Assembly: GCA_038329865.1 (NCBI GenBank)
Contig: JBBQNK010000005.1
Location: forward strand, 1-64,000
Origin: Tepidisphaerales bacterium
Lineage (GTDB): Bacteria; Planctomycetota; Phycisphaerae; Tepidisphaerales; Tepidisphaeraceae
DNA: 64,000 nucleotides
Reading direction: 5' to 3'
Positions 30,490 through 39,682 of the stretch are shown here, piece after piece. Positions within the stretch are counted from its first letter, which is position 1, and the number at the start of each line of letters is the position of its first letter. The translations under genes and the position numbers were made by a program. The notes under the pieces are model-generated. The model saw nothing but the letters and a program-made list of their open reading frames with translations. It made no database searches and had not been told where the DNA came from.

Positions 30490-31284
30490 ATGTTTCGCCT
30501 CACCCGTGAAGTCCGCTTCTCTATCAACGCTACGCCCGACGATCAGCTCGCCGGCAAGCCGACGAACAGCTTCGGCGGGTTTCCCTCGCTCACCGGGCTC
30601 GGGCATTATTTCACGCTGCAGGCGACGCTCGTCGGACCGCTGGATTCCGCCAGCCGGTATCTGCGGAACATCAAGGAGATCGACGCCGTCGTCCGCAAGC
30701 TTGCTGTGCCGTTTGTGGAGAAGGTGATCCGCGAAAAATCCTTCGGCGGCGGTGGGAATGTGGTGCGTGACCTGTTCGAACTGCTCAAAGACCAGTGGCC
30801 GGGCGCGACGCTTGAGCAGGTTTCGCTCGCGCAGACGCCGTTTCAATCATGGCACGTTTTAGCCAGGGAGTTACCGATGGTGCGACTGAGTCAAAAATTC
30901 GAATTCTCCGCCAGCCACCGCCTGCACAACCCGGCGTTGCCCGCCGACGTAAACGAAAAAACCTACGGCAAGTGCAACAACCCAAATGGACACGGGCACA
31001 ACTACGAAGTGCAGGTCACGCTAGCCGGCCGGCCGAACGCAAGCGGCGTGCTCATCGATGTTCCCGCGATGGAGCGCCTCGTGAACGAGGCCGTCATCGT
31101 CCGATTCGATCACAAAAATCTCAACCTGGAGCTGCCGGAATTTAAAGACGTGATCCCGACGGTGGAAAACATCGCGATGACGATTTTTCGCCTGCTCAAG
31201 CCGAAGTTCAGCCCGGCAGGCGCAACGCTGGCGAGCGTGACGGTATGGGAAACGCCCAAGACCTGGTGCGAGTATTCAGAGTGA
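30490..31284 (+). CDS. two-domain 6-pyruvoyl-tetrahydropterin synthase family protein (PTPS/QueD-like)
   Basis: The C-terminal module carries the PTPS zinc/catalytic signature CNNPNGHGHNYEV and SASHRL. The N-terminal module is a degenerate duplicate. Start taken at the ATG at 30490. Confidence 0.7.
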   Translation: MFRLTREVRFSINATPDDQLAGKPTNSFGGFPSLTGLGHYFTLQATLVGPLDSASRYLRNIKEIDAVVRKLAVPFVEKVIREKSFGGGGNVVRDLFELLKDQWPGATLEQVSLAQTPFQSWHVLARELPMVRLSQKFEFSASHRLHNPALPADVNEKTYGKCNNPNGHGHNYEVQVTLAGRPNASGVLIDVPAMERLVNEAVIVRFDHKNLNLELPEFKDVIPTVENIAMTIFRLLKPKFSPAGATLASVTVWETPKTWCEYSE

Positions 31285-31353
31285 TTGCGGATTGCGAATT
31301 GCCTAACGCCTAACGCCGACCCTATTCAACTTTCAATCAACAATCCCCAATCC

Positions 31354-31557
31354 CTACACCGCGTCGCCGCGGCCCAGGGCATACCACAGAATCGGGCCCA
31401 GCAACGGCAGGATCAACACCAGCACGATCCAGAGGATCTTCTTTCCAGCGTCGCCGCTGCCGCCAACGATTTGCATAATGACAAAGATGTCGAGGACAAG
31501 GATCAAAATTCCGACGATGCTATACATGGCAAGCTCCCGCTGACTTCCGCGATTCAA
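31354..31557 (-). CDS. small membrane protein (PLD-nuclease N-terminal-like / cardiolipin-synthase N-terminal-like helix pair)
   Basis: A 58-67 aa protein with two TM helices (IVGILILVLDIFVIMQI and ILWIVLVLILPLLGPILWY). An alternative ATG lies at 31527. Confidence 0.5.
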   Translation of the reverse strand: MNRGSQRELAMYSIVGILILVLDIFVIMQIVGGSGDAGKKILWIVLVLILPLLGPILWYALGRGDAV

Positions 31558-31781
31558 CTACGCGTACGTCAGTCGAGCACGGTTAGGCATTTACTTCCAT
31601 CGGGGATTTCTCGATGCAGGGGTGATGTTTTCCAGCAGGCACGACCGTCCGGGGCCGGATGTTCGATTTTGAATCTGCCGCCTATTCTTCTTTCGGCAGG
31701 GTTCGGTTGCCGATCGAACTTTTAAGACGCGTGTCTCCAACGCTCGATCGGCGAACGCACTCATCAACAAGGGAGCGTAGT

Positions 31782-31979
31782 ATGAAAGTCCTTTATTCTC
31801 TGAGTCTCGTGACAGCGTTGTGCGTCGGCGGTTTCGCCTCGATCGGCTGCGAGGAATCGCACACCGAGTCCACCAAGACCAACCCGATCACCGGCACGCA
31901 GACGCACAAGGAAACCACCGTGCGTGAAAACCCCGTCACCGGCGACCGCACGGTCGATCACACGGAAACCAAGAACTAA
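31782..31979 (+). CDS. small secreted lipoprotein with NPxTG repeats
   Basis: GGGAG RBS 8 nt upstream, signal peptide ending in a lipobox-like ASIGC, and a 65-aa product (NPITGTQTHKETTVRENPVTGD). Confidence 0.5.
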   Translation: MKVLYSLSLVTALCVGGFASIGCEESHTESTKTNPITGTQTHKETTVRENPVTGDRTVDHTETKN

Positions 31980-32006
31980 TTTTCGCGTGTTTGGCCAATT
32001 TGTAAT

Positions 32007-32058
32007 AAGGGCCGGGCGGCTTGGACGTACTCAAGCCGCCTGGCCTGTTTTTGTTTCC
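32007..32058. terminator. bidirectional intrinsic terminator between convergent genes
   Basis: GC-rich stem aagggccgggcggcttg / caagccgcctggcct followed by gtttttgtttcc on the plus strand, with an A/T-rich tract on the other side. Confidence 0.6.
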
Positions 32059-32531
32059 GGGACGGCGCCGCATTCAGGACAGCGATCGGGCGTGGCGCGG
32101 AGGTCGTAGCCGCAGTCTTGGCAGAGTTCGCCGAGCCTTCCCCCATGTCGATTTCGAAAATTGAATACGATTGCGGTTTCAATTGCCGCGAGCAATTCGA
32201 TCGGCCACGAAAGATGAAGATAGAAATTAGCTCCGTCTGGAGTTGTCCATCCCCATGGCAGGCGCCAACTTAAAGGACAGAGTTCAATGACATAACGGGA
32301 ATCACGAAGCTCGCGACTGCAATTCCATTGAGCTGGGTTTTGCGGACATGCCTCAGACCAGAAAAGAACATGGCCGTGAGTCAATAGGATTCCTCGCTCC
32401 GTGAAATTGACTGTGTTTTGCGAAATGGTGTAGGTGTATCGCAGGCTATCCACCCAAAGCCCGCCGAGCGCGAGCATCATCATGAAAATGCCCACGCCCG
32501 CGATCTTCAGCCGTCTGCCGCGCTTTTTCAT
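32031..32531 (-). CDS. two-TM membrane protein with C-terminal C4 zinc ribbon (CQDCGYDLRATPDRCPECG family)
   Basis: An internal ATG at 32531 gives MKKRGRRLKIAGVGIFMMMLALGG (TM1), a ~90-aa loop, TM2, NFRNRHGGR and CQDCGYDLRATPDRCPECGAVP. The longer ORF upstream of this Met is a GC-frame artefact that overlaps the PhyH gene. Confidence 0.6.
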   Translation of the reverse strand: MKKRGRRLKIAGVGIFMMMLALGGLWVDSLRYTYTISQNTVNFTERGILLTHGHVLFWSEACPQNPAQWNCSRELRDSRYVIELCPLSWRLPWGWTTPDGANFYLHLSWPIELLAAIETAIVFNFRNRHGGRLGELCQDCGYDLRATPDRCPECGAVPETKTGQAA

Positions 32532-32551
32532 GATGGATTTCGATCCGCCGC

Positions 32552-33486
32552 TCAGCAGATCCGCCGCTTCGGCTGCAGGAGCGACGTGTCCCACTCGCTC
32601 ATCTTCAGCGGCGACTCGCGCCAATAGTATTTGAGGTCTTCCGACTTCCAACCCGCGTAGATTTCCTCCCACGTCAGCTCGCAGTGCGGCCGAAGTGAGC
32701 CGCCTTCCACCACTTCGTCGATCGGCTGATACCGCACATCGAGCGAGAGCCGCACCTGCTCGCGCAACTGGCTCTTCACGCCGCGGTGGACGGTATAGCT
32801 GGTGAACGTGAGCACGTCGCCGGCAACGTAGTCGGTGGTGAGCCATTCGATTTCGCCGGGGCAGAGCTGCACGGCGATTCCGCCCGCGCCCTTGGCGGGC
32901 TGGATCGGGAGGTAGCCGCTGCGGTGCGAACCGCGCAGCACCGCCAGCCCGCCCATCGCGCGCGGGCAATCGCCCATCGGCATCCAGCACGTCCAGGTGT
33001 TGCCGGTCCCCTGGATCAGCGGAAAATCCTGGTGCGGCGGCGTAGGCGAGATGGCCGGGTGCGAGGTGATCATCCGCCCGATGTGCCGCGGATGCACCAG
33101 CACTTCGCGGCCGAAAAGCGTGCAATAAAGCTGCAGAAGTTTCGGATGGTGCGGCAGCCGATGAAACGCCTCCAGCCGCTGCACGTCGTGATAAACCGAA
33201 GCCGGCACACCGATGTCGGTACGGTGCATCTCGGCGTCGGTGACTTTGCTCATCGCGTCAAAGTCGAGCCGCCCGCCGAGCGAATCCTGCCCCGCCCCTC
33301 GCCACCCGACTTCGTCCATCGCCGCCAGCATCTGCCGGCGGAGTTCCAACACCGGCTCGCGCGGGAGCAGGCTTTTGAAGAACAGGTACCCGTCCGCCGT
33401 CGCCCGGGAACGCAGCGCATCGCCGTCGTGAAGCAGCGGCGTGGAGTCGACGAACGAGCCCATCTTGTCGGGCATTTTCGGCATGG
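32552..33486 (-). CDS. phytanoyl-CoA dioxygenase (PhyH) family Fe(II)/2-oxoglutarate oxygenase
   Basis: PhyH-like HxD...H arrangement (PHQDFPLIQGTG ... SYTVHRG) at ~310 aa. It sits immediately upstream of, and co-oriented with, the zinc-ribbon ORF. Confidence 0.65.
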
Positions 33487-33537
33487 CAGTCGGTGCTTCG
33501 TTCACGAGTGAAATTTCCTGTCGGTGACAGATGAATT

Positions 33538-33610
33538 TACCACAGAGAACACAGAGGACACTAAGTAGGGCAAACGCTTGTTCACAGTGTTCTCTGTGAA
33601 CTCGGTGGCT
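33538..33610. repeat. palindromic repeat, family C (CACAGAG arms)
   Basis: ccacagagaacacagagga ... cagtgttctctgtgaactcggtgg. It lies in the divergent region between PhyH and the lipoprotein gene. Confidence 0.55.
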
Positions 33611-33790
33611 CACTTGTTTTTTCGTTCGATCCGCATTCAATTTTACCACACGGGAGGGCGATTTTCCATAGCGATTTGTCGCGTGAATTCCCGCCATCGT
33701 GTCGGAATCCGACCCTTCCGGCCGGTTTTGCGATTGAATTGCGGATTCCTTCAGACCGCTGCCGCCTCGAACTCGCGTCATATAGATTTA

Positions 33791-34477
33791 ATGCTCGCAG
33801 CGGTTACCGTATCGCAGGTGTCTTCACGGCGATTCATCCTCGGCTCGCTCCTTCTTGTCCTGATTGTGCTGCAGACAGGTTGCCGATCTACCGGCGAGTT
33901 GTGGCACGATGCGCTGGTCAGTCGGTACGACCATCCCAAGGTCAGCGCCGTCTTCCCGCCCACCGGCGCCGACCCCGGCGGCGTGATCGTCCGCTACGGC
34001 AGCGGCGATTCGTTCGACGTCTGGCTGCCGTTCGACAGCACCGGCCGTGTGCCGCCGCCGCTGGGGTTTGAAGCGCAATCCCCGCGCGAGCTGCGACAGG
34101 CCCGCACGCCGGGCCGCATCAAGGCGATCGCCGACTTCCAGTTCACGCCTGCCAGCCGCGATGAAGCAGCCGCCCGCTTTCCAACTTCATTGGAGCTGAT
34201 TACTCCGAGGATCGAAGACGACGGCGTTTTCCTCGAAGGCGTGCCCGCGAAAGTCTATTTCGTCGATCCAGGCGATCCCACCCGCGACCCCGCCGACATG
34301 CGCACGAATTTCCCCTCCTTCGACACCACGCTGCCGACTGCCCAACCCGTGAATCTCCCCGACTCCCAGCCGCAACCGAACAATCGCCTCGGCGCGGTGG
34401 GTCGAGCCATTCTCCTGACACCGGCCATGATGTTCATCGACACAGTGTTTTTCTTTTTGCCAATGCCGAAGTGTTAA
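33791..34477 (+). CDS. hypothetical lipoprotein
   Basis: An internal ATG gives MLAAVTVSQVSSRRFILGSLLLVLIVLQTGC (signal peptide plus Cys). It is Pro/Asp-rich with no recognised domain. Confidence 0.45.
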   Translation: MLAAVTVSQVSSRRFILGSLLLVLIVLQTGCRSTGELWHDALVSRYDHPKVSAVFPPTGADPGGVIVRYGSGDSFDVWLPFDSTGRVPPPLGFEAQSPRELRQARTPGRIKAIADFQFTPASRDEAAARFPTSLELITPRIEDDGVFLEGVPAKVYFVDPGDPTRDPADMRTNFPSFDTTLPTAQPVNLPDSQPQPNNRLGAVGRAILLTPAMMFIDTVFFFLPMPKC

Positions 34478-34716
34478 TGGGACTCGGCTCGTGCGTATCG
34501 CAATGGCGGCTTTCGCCCCTCGATTTCGCATGATTTCCAGCACGCCCCGCGCAAATTGACACCCTTTCCCCCCACTTCTATACTCCGCCCTCTTTCGCGG
34601 TAACCGAGGATGATCGTGCGGAGCAGTTCAGCGAAAGGCCGCTTCCGATCCACCCTTATACACAATCCGGTTGATGCGCATTGAGTGCGGATCGATCGAC
34701 ATCGACAACAGGAGTC

Positions 34717-37419
34717 ATGGCAATGGCAAAGGCAGCTAAGAAGTCCAAAAAAGCGAGTTCGAAGTCCGTCAAACGCGTTTACTTTTTCGGTAATGGTAAG
34801 GCCGAGGGCGGGGCGCATCTGAAGGATCTGCTGGGCGGCAAGGGCGCGAACCTGGCGGACATGACGCTCGTGCCGCTGCCGGTGCCGCCGGGGTTTACGA
34901 TCACCACCGAAAGCTGCGGCGAGTACAACGACCTCGGCCAGAAGCTGCCGAAGGGGCTGATGGACGAAGTTCGCGCGAATATCGCGAAAGTCGAGAAGGC
35001 CACCGGCAAGACGTTCGGCGATTCAAAGAACCCGCTGCTGGTCGCTTGCCGATCGGGCGCGAAAGTTTCCATGCCGGGCATGATGGACACGGTGCTCAAC
35101 ATCGGCCTGAATGACACGGTCGTCGAAGGCCTCGCCAAGCTCGCCGGCAACGAGCGGTTTGCGTACGACAGCTACCGCCGGCTGATCAACATGTTCGGCG
35201 ATACCGTCATGGGCGTGGATCACGAGCACTTCGAGCACGAGCTGAGCGCGGTGAAGAAGGCCAAGGCCGTGGCGCTGGATACCGATCTGTCGACGGAAGA
35301 TTTGAAGGAAGTCGTCAGCCGTTACAAGCACGTTTACAAGATGCACGTCGGCAGTGAGTTTCCGACCGACGGCTTTAAGCAGCTGCAATTGTCGATCGAC
35401 GCCGTCTTCAAGAGCTGGATGGGCGATCGCGCGATCAAGTATCGCGAGTTGAATGAAATCCGCGGCCTGCGGGGAACGGCGGTCAACGTGCAGTCGATGG
35501 TGTTCGGCAACATGGGCGATGACTCGGCCACCGGCGTGGCCTTCACGCGCGATCCGAGCACGGGCGAAAATATTTTCTACGGCGAATTCCTCGTCAACGC
35601 TCAGGGCGAGGATGTCGTTGCCGGCATCCGCACGCCGCTCGAGTGCAACAGCGAGATGGGCAAGTGGAGCCAGAAGAGCTGGAAGGAACTGCTCGCGGTG
35701 AAGAAGACCCTCGAGAAGCGGTACAAGGACGTGCAGGATTTCGAGTTCACGATCGAAAAAGGCAAGCTGTACATGCTGCAAACCCGCAACGGCAAGCGCA
35801 CCGCCGCGGCGGCGGTGAAGATCGCCGTGGACATGGTGAAGGAAAAACTCATCGACGAGAAGACGGCCGTGCTGCGAGTGGATCCGGCGTCGCTCGATCA
35901 ACTGCTGCACCCGACGTTCAATCCGAAAGCGAACAAGACGCAGATCGCCAAGGGCCTGCCGGCGAGCCCCGGCGCGGCGGTCGGCAAGATCGCCTTCACG
36001 GCTGAAGAGGCCGAGCATCGCTTCGCGGCCGGTGAGCAGAATCTCATCCTCGTTCGTCGCGAGACTGAGCCGGCGGACATCGGCGGCATGCACGTGGCCA
36101 AGGGAATCCTCACCAGCACCGGCGGGATGACCAGCCACGCGGCGGTCGTCGCCCGCGGCATGGGCCGGCCGTGTGTTGCTGGAGCCGGAATGCTCAACAT
36201 CGACGCCAAGGCCAAGACCCTCACCGTCAACGGCAAAACCTACGGCCCGAACGATGTGCTCAGCCTCGACGGCGGCCTCGGTCAGGTGTACGAAGGCGCG
36301 GTCGAGACTCAGAAGGCGGAGCTCAGCGGCCCGTTCGGTATTCTGATGAAGTGGGCCGACAAGTACCGCACGCTCAAGGTTCGCACGAACGGCGATACGC
36401 CGACCGACGCGAAGGTGGCCAAGGGCTTCGGCGCCGAAGGCATCGGCCTATGCCGCACCGAGCACATGTTCTTCGATCCGCAGCGCATACACCACATGCG
36501 TGAGATGATCCTCGCGACCGATATCGAAGCCCGTAAGACCGCCCTGCACAAACTGCTGCCGTACCAGCGCGAAGATTTCATCGGCCTGTTCCAGGAAATG
36601 AAGGGCTTGCCCGTCACCATTCGTCTGCTCGATCCGCCGCTGCACGAGTTCCTGCCGCACAACGAAAAGGATCAGGAAGAGCTGGCCCGCAGCCTCGGCA
36701 AGACGTTGAAGGAAGTTCAGGACCGCGTGCAGCAGCTGCACGAATCCAACCCCATGCTCGGCCATCGCGGCGACCGCCTGGCGATCACTTATCCGGAAAT
36801 CCTGGAGATGCAGGTGCGGGCGATCATCGAGGCCGCGTGCGAATCCAAGAAGGCCGGCGTGAAAGTGCTGCCGGAAATCATGATCCCGCTCGCCGGCACG
36901 AAGGCGGAGCTCGACTACCTCAAGAAGTACACCGTCGCCACGGCCGACGCCGTGATGAAGGAGAAGAAGACGAAGGTCGAGTACATGTACGGCACGATGA
37001 TCGAAGTGCCGCGCGCCGCCATCACCGCCAATGAGCTGGCGGAAACGGCCGAGTTCTTCAGCTTCGGCACGAACGACCTGACGCAGATGACGTTCGGCTA
37101 CAGCCGCGACGACGCGGGCAGCTTCCTGCCGGAATACGTGAAGAAGGAAATCCTGGAGCGCGACCCGTTCCAATCCCTCGATATCGGCGGCGTTGGCCTG
37201 CTGATGGAAATCGCCGTGAAGAAAGGCCGCAGCGTGAAGAAGGATTTGAAGTGCGGCATCTGTGGCGAACACGGCGGCGATCCGGCCTCCGTCGAATTCT
37301 GCCACAACGTGGGACTTAACTACGTTTCATGCTCGCCATACCGCGTTCCGATCGCCCGACTTGCTGCGGCTCACGCAGCCTTGAAGGCGAGCGGATCGAA
37401 AGGTTACTCCACCAAGTAA
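34717..37419 (+). CDS. ppdK: pyruvate, phosphate dikinase
   Basis: PEP-utilising phosphohistidine motif GGMTSHAAVVARGMGRPCVAG, the TIM-barrel motif GLCRTEHMFF, the N-terminal ATP-grasp region and a length of ~900 aa. Confidence 0.95.
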   Translation: MAMAKAAKKSKKASSKSVKRVYFFGNGKAEGGAHLKDLLGGKGANLADMTLVPLPVPPGFTITTESCGEYNDLGQKLPKGLMDEVRANIAKVEKATGKTFGDSKNPLLVACRSGAKVSMPGMMDTVLNIGLNDTVVEGLAKLAGNERFAYDSYRRLINMFGDTVMGVDHEHFEHELSAVKKAKAVALDTDLSTEDLKEVVSRYKHVYKMHVGSEFPTDGFKQLQLSIDAVFKSWMGDRAIKYRELNEIRGLRGTAVNVQSMVFGNMGDDSATGVAFTRDPSTGENIFYGEFLVNAQGEDVVAGIRTPLECNSEMGKWSQKSWKELLAVKKTLEKRYKDVQDFEFTIEKGKLYMLQTRNGKRTAAAAVKIAVDMVKEKLIDEKTAVLRVDPASLDQLLHPTFNPKANKTQIAKGLPASPGAAVGKIAFTAEEAEHRFAAGEQNLILVRRETEPADIGGMHVAKGILTSTGGMTSHAAVVARGMGRPCVAGAGMLNIDAKAKTLTVNGKTYGPNDVLSLDGGLGQVYEGAVETQKAELSGPFGILMKWADKYRTLKVRTNGDTPTDAKVAKGFGAEGIGLCRTEHMFFDPQRIHHMREMILATDIEARKTALHKLLPYQREDFIGLFQEMKGLPVTIRLLDPPLHEFLPHNEKDQEELARSLGKTLKEVQDRVQQLHESNPMLGHRGDRLAITYPEILEMQVRAIIEAACESKKAGVKVLPEIMIPLAGTKAELDYLKKYTVATADAVMKEKKTKVEYMYGTMIEVPRAAITANELAETAEFFSFGTNDLTQMTFGYSRDDAGSFLPEYVKKEILERDPFQSLDIGGVGLLMEIAVKKGRSVKKDLKCGICGEHGGDPASVEFCHNVGLNYVSCSPYRVPIARLAAAHAALKASGSKGYSTK

Positions 37420-37537
37420 CTTTCGCGGCCACTTTCGCGATTTCCAAAACTTTTACCTGTGGGCTGGTCGGCTTTCCGACCAGCCCACTTCTATTTAAGA
37501 TCGTTCGTCGCAGTCCGTTAAATCTCCAAGGCCGATC

Positions 37538-38242
37538 ATGATCGAGTGGATGTCTAATCTCTCCTTCGCCAAGGCGGCCGGCTTACTTTTGCTGCAAAAC
37601 GGGCTTCTGTTCCTGCTCGCGCTCGCGGCCGGCGAGTGGCTCGTTCGGAGGTTTAAGAATCGCCCGGTCACACCGCCACCCGATCCGATGCAGCCTGCGG
37701 AACTTCTGCTCGCGCTCGCGTGCGTCCTGCTCAACACCTGCGTCGCCATTGGCGGATGGTTTCTCTGGAAGCAAGGCGTGATTGTTCTACGGAATGAATT
37801 CAGTTGGCGGATCATCCTTGATGTCCTGGTCCTTCTGATCGCAATGGATTTGCTGATGTACCTCTTCCATCGAATCGCACATCACCGGCTGATCTTCCCG
37901 ATCGTCCACAGCACCCACCACCGCTACGACCGGCCGCGCCCGCTGAACCTGTTCGTGCTGAATCCGTTTGAAGTCCTCGGCTTTGGCGCACTCTGGCTGA
38001 CGGTACTGTCGATCTATTCGTTCACATGGATCGGCATAATCGTGTACTTGATCATGAACCTGGCCTTCGGCACGATCGGCCATCTCGGCGTAGAGCCATT
38101 CCCGCGACTCTGGTCTCGCTTGCCGATCGTGAAACACCTCGGCAGCAGTACCTTTCACGCGAATCATCATCAGGATGCACACGTGAATTTCGGCTTCTAT
38201 ACTGATCTCTGGGATCGCCTGTTCCGAACGCTTCGTATCTGA
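37538..38242 (+). CDS. fatty acid hydroxylase / sterol desaturase superfamily membrane protein
   Basis: Three His boxes (HRIAHH, HSTHHRY and HANHHQDAH) in a 4-TM protein. Confidence 0.75.
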   Translation: MIEWMSNLSFAKAAGLLLLQNGLLFLLALAAGEWLVRRFKNRPVTPPPDPMQPAELLLALACVLLNTCVAIGGWFLWKQGVIVLRNEFSWRIILDVLVLLIAMDLLMYLFHRIAHHRLIFPIVHSTHHRYDRPRPLNLFVLNPFEVLGFGALWLTVLSIYSFTWIGIIVYLIMNLAFGTIGHLGVEPFPRLWSRLPIVKHLGSSTFHANHHQDAHVNFGFYTDLWDRLFRTLRI

Positions 38243-38664
38243 AGAGACCACGTGCGCAGCACCTATGATTGGCTCGCCGGCGTGAGAGGGTTCGGTTTTT
38301 TCGGCTGGAACATTTCGCCTAGCGCTTCCTCGTCGAAACGTCTTTCCGCGCCAGGTTTCCGCGTGAGGCGTGCTTGGTGTTTCCGGAATACGTCGGGCTC
38401 ATGTCACGGCGATCGCCGCGATGGTCGCCGGCGCTGATGGATCGATTCACGCCGGTCTTTTGTTCGCTTTGCGTATGCGGTTGGGTTGATGCCTTTGAAT
38501 CAACCTTGCCAACCGGTCGGCTGCGACGGCGGGCGGGCTTGATGGCTTTCGGATTCATTGTTGCTCCTTGGTGCAACCCCCTGAATGGCGCACATTGTCG
38601 CACTTTGGATTTCTTCCGTCATCGGGGATGAGCCGACATATTCAAAACGTTTCGGCCCGCGTCC

Positions 38665-39417
38665 TTGTCGCGATATGATTCACCGATGCCTTCCTCCGCA
38701 TCTTTTTCGCCCGCCGCGTTGAGCTTTTTTCGCCAGCTTGCGAAGAACAACCGCCGCGAGTGGTTTCAGCCGCGGAAGGAGAAGTTTGATGATGTGATTC
38801 GCCGGCCGATGCTCGAACTGGTCGGGCTGGTGAATGACGATTTTCGGAAATTCGCAATCGATTACGTTTTCGCCGACCCGGCCAAGGCGATCTACCGGAT
38901 TTATCGCGACACGCGGTTCAGCAAGGACAAAACGCCTTACAAAACGCACATCGCCGCGCATTTTCAGCATCAGAAACTGCCGAAGAACCGGGCGGCGGGG
39001 TTTTATTTTTCGGTCTCGAACACTGAGATCGAAATCGCCGGCGGGATTTACATGCCCGGCCCGGAAGAACTGGCGGCCGTGCGGGCGGCGATAATTTCCA
39101 CCCCGGTGGCGTTTGGAAAATTGATCCGCACGCCGGCACTGGTTCGAAAACTCGGGCCGCTGCAGGGGGCGAAGCTCGCCCGCGTGGCGAAGGGCTTTTC
39201 GCCCGACGATCCCGCGGCGGAGTGGTTGCGGATGAAGCAGTTTTACTTCAACGTGACGCTCGATCCTTCGCACGCGCTCAAGCCGGGATTTCGGAAAGCG
39301 ATCGTCGATCATTTTCGGCTGCTTGTGCCGATCGTGAGTTTTTTCAATGCTGCTGTGATTGCGGCGATGGAGCCGGAAAAGGTCGATCGACCGGTGCGGC
39401 CGGCGCCGATGTTTTGA
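38665..39417 (+). CDS. DUF2461 (TIGR02453) family conserved hypothetical protein
   Basis: FFRQLAKNNRREWFQPRKEKF and YRIYRDTRFSKDKTPYKTH are characteristic blocks of this family. Confidence 0.65.
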   Translation: MSRYDSPMPSSASFSPAALSFFRQLAKNNRREWFQPRKEKFDDVIRRPMLELVGLVNDDFRKFAIDYVFADPAKAIYRIYRDTRFSKDKTPYKTHIAAHFQHQKLPKNRAAGFYFSVSNTEIEIAGGIYMPGPEELAAVRAAIISTPVAFGKLIRTPALVRKLGPLQGAKLARVAKGFSPDDPAAEWLRMKQFYFNVTLDPSHALKPGFRKAIVDHFRLLVPIVSFFNAAVIAAMEPEKVDRPVRPAPMF

Positions 39418-39439
39418 TCGCCAATAGAATTTCCGTTGT

Positions 39440-39635
39440 GAGAATTCGTCATTCTGAGAGGGTATTTAAAAGATCCCCCACAGCGTCATCCCGAGGTACT
39501 CCGAGGGATCTCGGAAGGACCGAAGTCGCTGGATATCCCGAGATTCCTCGGAGTACCTCGGAATGACGGAGTTTTATAAATTGAGCTCTGGAGACTTTTA
39601 AGACACCCTTTGAGGTGCTCCGAAGGATGACGAGC
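39440..39635. repeat. cluster of REP/MITE-like family A copies (one full palindrome plus degenerate half-copies)
   Basis: The full copy is cgtcatcccgaggtactccgagggatctcgg ... ccgagattcctcggagtacctcggaatgacgg (39485-39570). Partial copies are cgtcattctgagagg and tgaggtgctccgaaggatgacgag. Confidence 0.7.
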
Positions 39636-39682
39636 AAGATAAAGCCGCGCTGCTTTCCGATGCCTCGCGAAAAACGCGGTCA

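Noticed and set aside
32532-33125. 5' 197 codons of the 364-aa ORF 32031-33125
   Set aside because: This part is Arg/Ala/Pro-rich junk that overlaps the PhyH dioxygenase coding region. The real protein starts at the internal Met at 32531.
38243-38664. 420-bp gap between the desaturase and the DUF2461 gene, with a 94-aa basic minus-strand ORF (38319-38603)
   Set aside because: The ORF is low-complexity (R/S/K/T-rich) without motifs or a clear RBS. The region is more likely a regulatory spacer. Not called.
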